From Candidatus Eiseniibacteriota bacterium (GTDB taxonomy: Bacteria > Eisenbacteria > RBG-16-71-46): 39,774 nucleotides of DNA. Below the pieces are notes generated by a model. It saw only the letters and a program-made list of their open reading frames with translations, ran no database searches and was not told the origin of the DNA. Below are positions 20,448 through 29,714 of the stretch, piece after piece; the stretch's first letter is position 1; each line of letters opens with the position of its first letter. The DNA lies in the NCBI GenBank assembly GCA_044222065.1, contig JBGAOA010000040.1:1-39774 (forward strand), read 5' to 3'. The position numbers and the translations under genes were made by a program.

Positions 20448-21290
20448 ATGAAGCGGATCGGCTACTGCCTTCTGACCCTCGCGGCGCTCGCCGTGATGGT
20501 CGGCGCTGCGAACGCGACGCCCACGATCAATGGCGCCGCGATCAACGAGCGCGTGTTCAACGACTGTCCGTTCTCGACGCCGTCGATCACGAACAACTAC
20601 CCGTCGTCGATCGTGATCTCCGACGCGATCGCGGCGAACAGCTGCGGCGGCTGGGCGAACCTCCACGCATGGAGCTTCTCGGCCGACGGCGGCGCGAATG
20701 CCGCCGTGTTCGACAACAACTCGTGCTTCAGCTTCGGGTGCGACCTCGTCATCACCGGCAATTGCCAGGTCGAGGCGGGCATCCGCATTTCGCCGTGGTG
20801 GAGCAAGTACGCCGACGGCCGCATCAACGTCCGCATCCCGGACGGCGAGATCGCGGCGTTCGGTGGCCGCATGCCGTTCATCAGCTGGACGAACCCGGGC
20901 CTCCCGCCGAACCTGAATCCCTGGGGTGCGGCGCTCCACTACGTCGCGGGCGACCCGATCCACCTCGAGATGCACTACGACGCGAACAGCCTGTCGTCGT
21001 CCGACCCGGGCGCGGTGATGTACGTCGTCGTCTACGGCGGCAACACCTACGCGACGCCGTGGCTGCTGCTCGACCAGGGCAATCCGGCCGAAGATCCGCC
21101 GTACGGCCTGTGGGGCATGCTGAACGACGGCCGCGTCGGCGGTCTGTTCCAGATCGACAACGGCGCGAGCCCGATCAGCCAGGCGAAGAACGGCACCGCG
21201 ACGTTCACGAACATCCAGTACACGAGCTGCACGAAGCCCACCCCGACGAAGGCGTCGACGTGGGGCCGCGTGAAGGCCCTGTACCGCTAG
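20448..21290 (+). CDS. Secreted hypothetical protein with C-terminal PTPTKASTWGRVKALYR tail, 280 aa
   Basis: AGGAGG RBS at 20432-20437. Signal peptide MKRIGYCLLTLAALAVMVGAANA, beta-rich body, short W/G/K/Y/R tail after a PTPT linker. Confidence 0.88.
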   Translation: MKRIGYCLLTLAALAVMVGAANATPTINGAAINERVFNDCPFSTPSITNNYPSSIVISDAIAANSCGGWANLHAWSFSADGGANAAVFDNNSCFSFGCDLVITGNCQVEAGIRISPWWSKYADGRINVRIPDGEIAAFGGRMPFISWTNPGLPPNLNPWGAALHYVAGDPIHLEMHYDANSLSSSDPGAVMYVVVYGGNTYATPWLLLDQGNPAEDPPYGLWGMLNDGRVGGLFQIDNGASPISQAKNGTATFTNIQYTSCTKPTPTKASTWGRVKALYR

Positions 21291-21302
21291 TCGCGCAACG
21301 CA

Positions 21303-21349
21303 CGAAACGCAGCGACGGCCACCTCGATCGAGGTGGCCGTCGTGTTTCG
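21303..21349. terminator. Bidirectional terminator-like hairpin between convergent genes
   Basis: Perfect 30-bp palindrome CGACGGCCACCTCGATCGAGGTGGCCGTCG (21313-21342) flanked by CGAAAC and GTTTCG. Confidence 0.7.
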
Positions 21350-21354
21350 GGCCG

Positions 21355-21915
21355 TCAGTCGGCGAGCGGCGCGGTCGCGCGGATCGAGTAGCGCGAACCG
21401 CCGGGTCCGAGTTCGCTGCCGACGACGTCGATCGAGCCGACGGTGAAGCGCGCGTCGGCGCTGCGCTCGGGCCAGTGCGCGTGCAGCAGCGTGCTCGTCC
21501 AGTCGGCCGGCTCGCGGATGCGGCCGAGCGTGAGGTGCGCGGTGAACTCGCGCGCATCGCGCTCGAACCCTCGCCGCTCGAGCGCGACCTCGAGCGAGTG
21601 CGCGAGCTGCGCGAACGGCTCGACGCCGTCGAGCAGGCCGAGCCACAGCACGCGCGCCCGCTTCGCGGTCGGGAACGCGCCGGGCGGGCCGAGCGTCGCG
21701 CCGAACGACTTGTGCAGGGTCGCGGCCTCGAACGCCGCGTCCTCGACCTGGCGAGCCTCGATCTCGCCGACGTCGCCGATGAACCGCAGCGTGTAGTGCA
21801 GGTTCTCGGAGCGCACCCACGTCACGCCGTCGCGCGGGCGCTTGAGCGAGCGGATGACCGACCCCGCGAGCGCCTGCGTGCCCTCGGGCGGAAAGACCGC
21901 GAGGAACAGCCTCAC
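21355..21915 (-). CDS. thpR: RNA 2',3'-cyclic phosphodiesterase (2H phosphoesterase)
   Basis: GTG start overlaps the cinA stop. RLFLAV, two HxT motifs (HYTLRFIG, HLTLGR), ARVLWLG. Confidence 0.92.
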   Translation of the reverse strand: MRLFLAVFPPEGTQALAGSVIRSLKRPRDGVTWVRSENLHYTLRFIGDVGEIEARQVEDAAFEAATLHKSFGATLGPPGAFPTAKRARVLWLGLLDGVEPFAQLAHSLEVALERRGFERDAREFTAHLTLGRIREPADWTSTLLHAHWPERSADARFTVGSIDVVGSELGPGGSRYSIRATAPLAD

Positions 21916-23168
21916 GACAGCGCCGCCTCGAGCGGCAGGCCCTGGAGCTGGCGCCGCACGAGGTCGAGCGCGAGCTGCGCCGCGCGCTCGCGCACGGTGG
22001 CGCGGCTGCCGACGAAGTGGAAGCGCCGCACCGCCGACCCGCGCGGCGAGGACACGCCGATGAACACGAGCCCGACGGGCTTCTCCTCGCTGCCGCCGTC
22101 GGGCCCCGCGATGCCCGAGAGCGCGAGGCCGACGTCCGCACCCGACTTGCGGCGCGCGCCTTCGGCCATCTGCTCGACGATCGCGGCGCTCACGGCGCCG
22201 TGCGCTTCGAGGTCCGCGGCGCGCACGCCGAGCAACTCGAGCTTGGAGGTGTTGGAGTAGGTCACGAAGCCGCGCTCGAACCAGCGCGACGATCCCGGCA
22301 CGTCCGTGACGCGCTTCGCGACGAGTCCGCCCGTGCACGATTCCGCGGTCGCGAGCTTCCAGCCGAGCCCGAGCAGCGCCTCGCCGACGACCTCCTCGAT
22401 GCTCTTCGCGCCCTCGGCGTACACGACCGGCGCCACGAGCGCGCGCAGCTGCTCGTACGCCCGCCCGGCCGTGCGCTCGACGGCCTCGCGCTCACGGCCC
22501 GCGACCGTGACGCGCAGGTCCACGCCGAACCAGCTCGGCAGGTACGCGAGGCTCGCGCCCTCCCACTCGTTCGGGAGCGCGCCGATGCGCTCGTGCAGCT
22601 GGCTCTCGATCGCGCCGAGCGTGCGCAGCGTGAACGACTCGACCGCGAGCCCGCTGCGCTCCTGCAGGTACGGCAGCAGGTGGTCGTTGGCGAGCGTCTC
22701 CATCTCGAGCGGCACGCCCGGCAGCAGCACGACCGGCTTGCCCTTCACTTCGAGCAGGATTCCCGGCGCGGTGCCGGCGCGGTTCGCCCACGCGGTCGCG
22801 CCGAGCGGCACGAGCGCCTGCGTCTCGACCGACGCCGGCACCTTGCGGCCGAATCGGCGGATGCGCTCGCGGATCTGCCCGAGCACCGCCTCGTCGAGCT
22901 GGAGCGGCCGCCCGAGCGCGCTCGAGATCGCCTTGCGCGTGAGGTCGTCGGGCGTCGGGCCGAGGCCGCCGGTCATCACGACGGCGTCCGCGCGGCCGAG
23001 CGCGCGCTGCAGAGCGTCCGCGATGCCGCCGGCGTCGTCGCCGACCGTGGAGTGCCAGCCGACGAGCACGCTCACGCCCTCGAGTGCGCGCGCGAGCCAG
23101 GCGAAGTTCGTATCCACCGTGCGGCCCGACAGCACTTCGTTGCCGATCGTGACGATTTCGACGCGCAT
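21912..23168 (-). CDS. cinA: Competence/damage-inducible protein CinA (MocF-like domain plus NMN deamidase PncC domain)
   Basis: IVTIGNEVLSG..DTN, TGGLGPTPDDLT, GTAPG, LPGVP, AESCTGG, GAVS, SGIAGPDGG. Confidence 0.95.
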   Translation of the reverse strand: MRVEIVTIGNEVLSGRTVDTNFAWLARALEGVSVLVGWHSTVGDDAGGIADALQRALGRADAVVMTGGLGPTPDDLTRKAISSALGRPLQLDEAVLGQIRERIRRFGRKVPASVETQALVPLGATAWANRAGTAPGILLEVKGKPVVLLPGVPLEMETLANDHLLPYLQERSGLAVESFTLRTLGAIESQLHERIGALPNEWEGASLAYLPSWFGVDLRVTVAGREREAVERTAGRAYEQLRALVAPVVYAEGAKSIEEVVGEALLGLGWKLATAESCTGGLVAKRVTDVPGSSRWFERGFVTYSNTSKLELLGVRAADLEAHGAVSAAIVEQMAEGARRKSGADVGLALSGIAGPDGGSEEKPVGLVFIGVSSPRGSAVRRFHFVGSRATVRERAAQLALDLVRRQLQGLPLEAALS

Positions 23169-23340
23169 GATTCGGACCGCGGAAGGAGTGGACGGCGGAA
23201 GTGCCGGCACTCTGCCCGATCGAACGTGACGTGGCAACGTCGTCGACCTCGTCCGCCGGGGCCGCCGCGGGCTCGGGTCTCGGCCGGGGGATGCCGCGAG
23301 CGTGCGGGCCGGCGCCGGGCGCGAGTCGCGGTCGAACCGA

Positions 23341-23919
23341 TCAGGAGTGCGGGCGGTGGACGGCGCTCGCGAGGGACAACAGGTTCGAGCTGATCTTGAG
23401 TCCCGAGCGATCCGCTGCTCCCGCGTTGATCTCGAAGCGGAGCTTTCGCGCCTCGAAGTACAGCTCGATCATGCCGCCACGGATCGCGAAGTCCTCCGCC
23501 TCTCCGACCGTCAGCACGGGCTCGTCACGCAGCTGCTCGACCGCACGCCCCGCGAGTTCCGCCGCACCGAGCCCCACGAAGACGACGTCGAAGCCGTGCA
23601 GCTCTCGAAGGCTCTGGACCGTGGCCACGCGGATTTCGCGGCCGTCGATCTGCTTGCCGTGCGAGAGTCGTTCGAGTGCGCGAGCGAGCGCCTCGTCGCC
23701 CAGGACGGCGATCTCGACGGGTCCCGTCGGCGGCGTCGCGGGCTCGTGCTCGCGCCGGACGAATCGTACGAAGTTGTAGAGGTAGGCGGCCTTCAGTTCG
23801 GACTCGGACACGACGGGCGCCGACGGCGCGACGCGCGTCACGGGCCCGGCGGGCCACGCGAGCGCCGGACACGCCAGCCATGCGAGCGCGCAGAGTCCGA
23901 GGAGTCGCGGGCACTTCAC
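23341..23919 (-). CDS. YfiR-family (DUF4154) periplasmic protein
   Basis: GTG start, signal peptide, ELKAAYLYNF, VLTVGE..F...GGMI, LRFEIN..AA..SGLKISSNLLSLA. Confidence 0.85.
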   Translation of the reverse strand: MKCPRLLGLCALAWLACPALAWPAGPVTRVAPSAPVVSESELKAAYLYNFVRFVRREHEPATPPTGPVEIAVLGDEALARALERLSHGKQIDGREIRVATVQSLRELHGFDVVFVGLGAAELAGRAVEQLRDEPVLTVGEAEDFAIRGGMIELYFEARKLRFEINAGAADRSGLKISSNLLSLASAVHRPHS

Positions 23920-23921
23920 GA

Positions 23922-25961
23922 TCAGAACCTCGCGTCCAGGCGCACGCGCAGGGTGCGTCCGTCCTGCGGCACGGCGGTCTGCGTGAGTTCCGGACCGCCA
24001 ATGTCGGAGTACTCGGCGTCGAAGAGGTTGCGCACGGAGATCGCCGCGCTCCACCGCCCGGAGGGCAGCCGGGCGGTCAGGTTCGCGTCCGCCACGACGA
24101 AGCCCGCGGCTCGCTCGCTCCGACCGTTGATTCGGCGTCCGAGCGAGCGCGCCGCGCAGGCGATCCACACCCGTCGCGGCACGACGGGCGCCCGCACCGA
24201 GAGCTGGGCGACGCGCTCCGGCGAGTTGGGCAGCGCGCGACCGTCCTCCGCTTCGAGCGGGCTCTGGAGCGCGCCGCTGAGCCGCAATTCGGACTCCGTC
24301 CACCGCCCGAGGATCTCGGCTTCCACGCCCGACGACGTCACGACGCCGGTGTTGAAGTACTCCTGCTCCCCCGCGACGTCGCGCTGGCGAATGACGTCCT
24401 CGCCGCGGCCGCGGAACGCCGACAGCGAGGCGTGGTAGTGCCCGGCGAAGTAGCTCTCGAGCACGACCTCGCTGCTGAAGAAGCGCTCGGGTTTCAGGTC
24501 GGGATTGGCCGTATAGCCGTCGCCTCCGAAGTACAGCTCGTACGTCGTCGGCACCCGGAAGGCCGAACCGTGGAGGAGCTTGACCACCGTTTGATCGCGG
24601 AGCTCCCAGATCAGCCCGAGACGCGGGTGCGTGCTGCCGCCGAACGTGGAGTACGCGTCGTGCCGTACTCCGGCATCGAGGGTCACGCGCGAGAGCGGAT
24701 GCAGCGCGCATTCCGCGTAGACCGCCCACACGCGCGAGCGGCGATGATCGTCCAGGTAGAGTGAGTAGGGATCCACGTCCCAGTTCATCTGATCCTGGCG
24801 GTCGTTTTCGCGGACCTCGCCCCCGATCACGACGTCGTTGGGTCCGAACATCGTCCCGTGCGCGTTGGCCTCCGCGCCCCACCACTTCGCGAGCGAACGA
24901 TCGCGATTCACGGTGATCGGGCCCGTGTTCGTCCCCGTGTAGTCGTACGGGTACGCGCCGTCGTACCGGTAGTCGTCCACGTACGTGCGCGCCGAGACGT
25001 CCACCCGGCGGGCCAGCGTCCCGTGGTAGCTCAGGTCCACGAAGCCACGCACGTCCCGAGTCCAGCTGTTCCCGGCGTTGAATCGCGTCCCCCACGGCGC
25101 GGTCGGCACGTCCTTCAGCCGCGTGCCCAGCACGGACTGGAGTCGGAAGCTGCCGGCCTGGAGGTCGGCGAAGACGCGTTGCGCCTCCTCGCCGTCGAGT
25201 CCTTCGGCCACGCCGCCGTTCGTCAGCGGATCGTCGAATTCCCGGTAATAGAGTCGGTCGAAGCCGTCGATCGCCACGCCCGAGATCGCGATCTGGAACC
25301 CCGACGACGGCGACAGCCGCCGGCTCCAGCCGAGGCGTGCGGTCCGCGTGCCTGCGCTCCCGAGTCGCAATCTCGTCTCGACGCCGTTCGTCTGCTTGGG
25401 CCTGCGCGTCACGACGTTGATGACGCCGAGCAGGGCGTTGCTGCCGTACAGAACGGAGGTGGGACCGCGGATGATCTCGATCCGGTCCACCTGGTCGAGA
25501 TCCAGCGGGAAGTCCTCGCCGATGCCGGCGCCCTCGTAGAGATTGTCGTTCAGGCGGTGGTCGTCGACGAGCACGAGAACGCGCGCGTTGTAGTCGTCCT
25601 GATGCCCCCAGCCTCGCAAGCCCACGTACTCGTAGTTCCGGTCGTTCGTGACGAACAGGCCGTTCACCGACCGCAGCGCCTCGGCCAGGGTCTCGAACCC
25701 GTACGCGTGCAGATCCTCGGCCGTGATGACCGAAGCGCGCGTCGGCGCATCCAGGTCGCGCTGCACGAATCGTGAGGCGCCGAGGACGGCTCCGACTTCG
25801 AGCCGCATCAGTTCCTCGATGCTGAGCCGCGTGAGGTCGTCCGGCGTCGGTGCCCCGGGCGCGGCCGCCTCCACGCCGGTGACGGCGAGGCCGATCGCCA
25901 GTGCGGCGGCGCAGGCCGCGGCGAAGCGGCGCGGCAGGGCGCCGCGAACGACGACGGACAT
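23922..25961 (-). CDS. TonB-dependent receptor (YfiR-associated, BtuB/CirA-like)
   Basis: LTRLSIEELM, AP..ASVIT, RIEIIRGPTSVLYGSNALLGVINVVT, NPDLKPE, RNLFD, C-terminal Phe. Confidence 0.92.
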   Translation of the reverse strand: MSVVVRGALPRRFAAACAAALAIGLAVTGVEAAAPGAPTPDDLTRLSIEELMRLEVGAVLGASRFVQRDLDAPTRASVITAEDLHAYGFETLAEALRSVNGLFVTNDRNYEYVGLRGWGHQDDYNARVLVLVDDHRLNDNLYEGAGIGEDFPLDLDQVDRIEIIRGPTSVLYGSNALLGVINVVTRRPKQTNGVETRLRLGSAGTRTARLGWSRRLSPSSGFQIAISGVAIDGFDRLYYREFDDPLTNGGVAEGLDGEEAQRVFADLQAGSFRLQSVLGTRLKDVPTAPWGTRFNAGNSWTRDVRGFVDLSYHGTLARRVDVSARTYVDDYRYDGAYPYDYTGTNTGPITVNRDRSLAKWWGAEANAHGTMFGPNDVVIGGEVRENDRQDQMNWDVDPYSLYLDDHRRSRVWAVYAECALHPLSRVTLDAGVRHDAYSTFGGSTHPRLGLIWELRDQTVVKLLHGSAFRVPTTYELYFGGDGYTANPDLKPERFFSSEVVLESYFAGHYHASLSAFRGRGEDVIRQRDVAGEQEYFNTGVVTSSGVEAEILGRWTESELRLSGALQSPLEAEDGRALPNSPERVAQLSVRAPVVPRRVWIACAARSLGRRINGRSERAAGFVVADANLTARLPSGRWSAAISVRNLFDAEYSDIGGPELTQTAVPQDGRTLRVRLDARF

Positions 25962-26209
25962 GGTGCGGCCCTCCGAAGGTCCGGATTCCGTGGGGGGGAT
26001 CGCCGGGCGCTCATCGTGGGCCCGGAATGCGTTTCGGTCCTTCCAGTCTCGGTTCGGCCCGGCCGGATTTCAGGACGAATCCGCCGACCGGCGATCCGAG
26101 TGCGTGAAGCCGGCTGCGTAACCGTCAAGCCGAGGCCGGGTCCGGCGATACTCCTCGGGGCGCTCCCTCGCCCGAGGCGGTGCCGCGAACTCCGTGAAGA
26201 GGGCCGCTC

Positions 26210-28171
26210 GTGGCCGAGTCACAGGAAGGTCGAGACCGACGAACCAGCGATTCCCCGCCGCCTCGGGAAACCGCGGTTCGCTCGCTGGCCGGCGCGCTCT
26301 CTCGTCTGAGCCTCGCCCGCAAGCTGATGCTCATCCTGATGGTGACGAGCGTCGGTGCGGTCGTGCTCGCCGGCGGAGCGATCATCGTGCGCGAGACTCA
26401 GTCGTCGCGGCAGGCGACGATCCGGGAGATGAGCTCCGTGGCCGACGTGGTCGCCGGCAACAGCGCTGCCGCGCTCGGCTTCGAAGACGCGGAGGCCGCG
26501 GCCCGGGTGCTCGAGTCGCTGTCCGCGCGCGCCGACGTCGCGCGTGCGGCGCTCCTTCGGCCGGACGGGAGCGTGTTCGTGACCTATGGCCGCCCGGGGG
26601 AAGCGGCCCTCGCGTCGCTCCCGCCGCTGCCGGACGGCGCGTCGCCGGGTGTCGGCGGCCGCCGCGCGCTCGTGCGGCCGGGCGAGGCCCGGGGCGAACG
26701 GCTCGGGTCGCTCTACCTCGAGTTCACGATGCAGGCCCTGCGCGCGCGCGTGGTGGACATCGTGCTCTCCGTGGTCGTCGTCGTCCTGCTCGCCGGCCTG
26801 TTCGCCTACGTCGTGTCCTCGAGACTCCACCGCGTCGTCTCCGAGCCGATCGAGCGGCTTTCGAGCGCCGCCGAGCGCGTCACCGAGGCGCGCGATTTCT
26901 CCGTGCGCGTCGAATGGTCGAGCGGCGACGAGCTCGGAGTCCTCACGGAGACGTTCAATCGCATGCTGGCCCGCATCGAACAGCAGGAGCGCGACCTGCG
27001 GGTCAGCGAGGAACGCCTGAGACACGCGCAGAAGATGGAGGCCATCGGGCAGCTCGCGGGCGGGGTCGCGCACGACTTCAACAACCTGCTCACGGTGATC
27101 AGCGGTTACGCGACGCTGCTCGAGTCGCGGACGCCGGCAGACGACCCGCGGCGGAACAGCGTGCGCGAGATCCTCGTCGCGGCGGAACGCGCGGCGAAGC
27201 TCACGCGCGAACTGCTCGCGTTCGGCCGCAAGCAGGTGCTGGAACCGCGGCGGCTCGATCTGCGCGAAGTCGTCGGCGGCATGGAGGGCATGCTCCGGCG
27301 GCTGATCGACGAGAGCATCCAGATCGTCGTGTCGCTCGCGCCCGAGACTCCGGTGGTGAGGGCGGACCCCAACCAGATCGTGCAGGTCGTGATGAACCTG
27401 GTCACGAACGCGCGCGACGCCATGCCGTCCGGCGGCACGATCACGATCGAGGTCGCCGCCTGCGAACTCGATCCGCACTACGCGGCGACCCATCCCGACG
27501 CGCGTCCGGGACGCCACGCCGTGATCTCGGTCAGCGACACCGGATGCGGGATCTCGCCCGAGATCCGTCCTCACGTGTTCGAACCGTTCTTCGCGACCAA
27601 GGGCATCGGCAAAGGCACCGGCCTCGGGCTCGCGAGCGTGTACGGCATCGTCAAGCAGAGCGGCGGTCACGTCACGTTCTACACCGAGGCCGGGATCGGC
27701 ACGACGTTCCGGCTCTACCTGCCCGCGGACGCGGGCGACGTCGCGCTGCCGAACGCGCCGCCCGCGGACGAAGCGCTCGGCGGCGACGAGACGATCCTGC
27801 TCGTCGAAGACGAACCGGGAGTGCGCGAGTTGACGCGGCGCGTGCTCACCTCCCGCGGCTATCGCGTGATCGCGTGCTCCTCCCCCGAAGAGGCGCTCGC
27901 CGTCTTCGAGTCGGATTGCGGGAGCATCCATCTCGTCCTGACCGACGTCATCATGCCGGGCATGAACGGCCGCGAGATGGTGCGGCGGCTCGAAGAACGC
28001 TGCTCCCGCCTGCGAGTGCTCTTCATGTCGGGCTACACCGGCCAGGCCATCGAGCGGCACGGCGTTCTCGAGCCCGGAATCGACTTCATCCCGAAGCCGT
28101 TCACGCCCGACTCGCTCGCCGCGCGCGTGCGACGCGCGCTCGACCGGCAGGGCGGACACGCGGCCGCCTGA
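26210..28171 (+). CDS. Hybrid sensor histidine kinase (periplasmic CHASE8-like, HAMP, HisKA, HATPase, REC)
   Basis: Two TM segments flanking AAALGFED..AA..VL, HAMP DELGVL..FNRML, H-box AHDFNNLL, NARDAM, DTGCGI, GTGLGL, receiver LLVEDE..TDVIMP..KPF. Exact start uncertain. Confidence 0.92.
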   Translation: MAESQEGRDRRTSDSPPPRETAVRSLAGALSRLSLARKLMLILMVTSVGAVVLAGGAIIVRETQSSRQATIREMSSVADVVAGNSAAALGFEDAEAAARVLESLSARADVARAALLRPDGSVFVTYGRPGEAALASLPPLPDGASPGVGGRRALVRPGEARGERLGSLYLEFTMQALRARVVDIVLSVVVVVLLAGLFAYVVSSRLHRVVSEPIERLSSAAERVTEARDFSVRVEWSSGDELGVLTETFNRMLARIEQQERDLRVSEERLRHAQKMEAIGQLAGGVAHDFNNLLTVISGYATLLESRTPADDPRRNSVREILVAAERAAKLTRELLAFGRKQVLEPRRLDLREVVGGMEGMLRRLIDESIQIVVSLAPETPVVRADPNQIVQVVMNLVTNARDAMPSGGTITIEVAACELDPHYAATHPDARPGRHAVISVSDTGCGISPEIRPHVFEPFFATKGIGKGTGLGLASVYGIVKQSGGHVTFYTEAGIGTTFRLYLPADAGDVALPNAPPADEALGGDETILLVEDEPGVRELTRRVLTSRGYRVIACSSPEEALAVFESDCGSIHLVLTDVIMPGMNGREMVRRLEERCSRLRVLFMSGYTGQAIERHGVLEPGIDFIPKPFTPDSLAARVRRALDRQGGHAAA

Positions 28172-28238
28172 GCGTTGCGGCGCGGCCAGCGCCGCGCGCC
28201 CCCCTTCGTGCCGGACTCGGATCGCGCCCGCAGGCGCG

Positions 28239-28733
28239 CTACGGCACGAGCACCTCTTTCGGCGAGTGCATGCAGAACATCCCGGTGAACGGTCCGGCCG
28301 CCGCCCGGAAATCCTCCCAGTTCATGCGCAGCGCCTCGTGGTGCGTGCCCGCCTCGAACCAGATCTCGCCCGGGCTCGCGAGGCAGGGGTCCACGTACAT
28401 CGGCAGGTGGTACAGCTCCCCGAAGGGAGGCATCGCGCCGGCCTCGCAATCCGGAAACAGCCGCTGGATCTCGAGCTCGTCGGCGAGTCCGATGGCCTGC
28501 CGCCCGGTGTGACGGCGGATGGCGCCGAAGTCCACGTGCTCGTGCGCGGGGACGACGGCGAGGAAGTAGTTGCGCAGTCCCTCGCGCAGCACCAGCACCT
28601 TGGCGAAGCGACGGCCGCTCACGTGCGCCGCGTGCGCCGCGTCCTGCGCCGTGAACGCCTCGGCGTGGGGCACGACGTTGTAGCGCACGCGCGCGCCGTC
28701 GAGCGCCCGCGCGAGTCTCTCGTGAATCGCCAT
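28239..28733 (-). CDS. YbaK/EbsC-family aminoacyl-tRNA deacylase-like protein
   Basis: Start MAIHERL, H.EAFTAQ, AKVLVL, FPDCEAGAMPPFG. Confidence 0.87.
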   Translation of the reverse strand: MAIHERLARALDGARVRYNVVPHAEAFTAQDAAHAAHVSGRRFAKVLVLREGLRNYFLAVVPAHEHVDFGAIRRHTGRQAIGLADELEIQRLFPDCEAGAMPPFGELYHLPMYVDPCLASPGEIWFEAGTHHEALRMNWEDFRAAAGPFTGMFCMHSPKEVLVP

Positions 28734-28783
28734 GATCGCCCTCCTCGCGCAGCCGGCGCCGCGCGGGCGCCGGGCGCGTCCGG

Positions 28784-29452
28784 TCAGTGCGCGTGCGTGA
28801 GCGGCGCGCGCGCGCCGACGTGTCTCGCGAACCAGCCGAGCGTGAGATCCGCGACCGCTTCCAGCGTTCCCGGCTCCTCGAACAGGTGCCCCGCGCCGGG
28901 AACGATCGCGAGCCGCCTGGGGCCTCCGAGCTGATCGAGCACGCCGCGGTGCAGCGTCAGCACGGCGCGGTCGCGCTCGCCGACGACGAACAGCACCGGC
29001 GTCCGCACGCTGCCGAGCGCGGACCCCGCGAGATCCGGCCGCCCGCCGCGCGTCGCGATCGCCTCCGCGTGCACGCCGGGCTGCGTCGAAGCCACGAGAG
29101 CCGCCGCCGCGCCCGTGCTCGATCCGAACAGGCCGAGCGGCAGACCGGCGAGTTCGGGCAGGGCGCGCGCCGCGAGCACCGCCGCGACCACGCGGTGCCA
29201 GAGCAGGGTCACGTGGAAGCGATGGGCGGGATTCGACTCCTCGACGTCGGTGAGCAGGTCGAACCGCAGCGTCGCGAAGCCGCCGTTTTCGAGCGCCAGC
29301 GCGACGAGCCGGTTGCGCGGGCTCGCCCGGCCGCTGCCGGTGCCGTGCGCGAGCACGATCAGCCCGATCGGCTCCGCGGGGAGCGTCAGCAGTCCTTCGA
29401 GGGAGACGCCGCCGTGACGGACTGGCAGCAACCGGTGATGGACGTTCGGCAT
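28784..29452 (-). CDS. Dienelactone hydrolase-like alpha/beta hydrolase
   Basis: AHGTGSGRASPRN, nucleophile elbow G-S-S-T-G, RGGRPDLAG, VGERD, GAGHLFEE. Confidence 0.85.
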   Translation of the reverse strand: MPNVHHRLLPVRHGGVSLEGLLTLPAEPIGLIVLAHGTGSGRASPRNRLVALALENGGFATLRFDLLTDVEESNPAHRFHVTLLWHRVVAAVLAARALPELAGLPLGLFGSSTGAAAALVASTQPGVHAEAIATRGGRPDLAGSALGSVRTPVLFVVGERDRAVLTLHRGVLDQLGGPRRLAIVPGAGHLFEEPGTLEAVADLTLGWFARHVGARAPLTHAH

Positions 29453-29714
29453 GGCGGAGAGCGAACCGCATAGGGCGTGCCCGTGACGACGCGCGCGAGG
29501 CGCGAGGCCGCGGGGCGCGAAAGCGGATCCCGCGGCGCCGCCGCTCCCCATCTAGTGCGCTCGTGCGAGCGAGTTCCGGGCGCTGGGTCGTTTCGTCCCG
29601 CCCCGACTCCGCGGTCCGATCGCGGCCCGGCGCGTGACCGATTGGCAGCGGCGCGCGGCAGTGCCCTCCAGATCCGGCAGTCCGCTTCGGGGCGTGCGTG
29701 CTAGCTTCCGCCCG

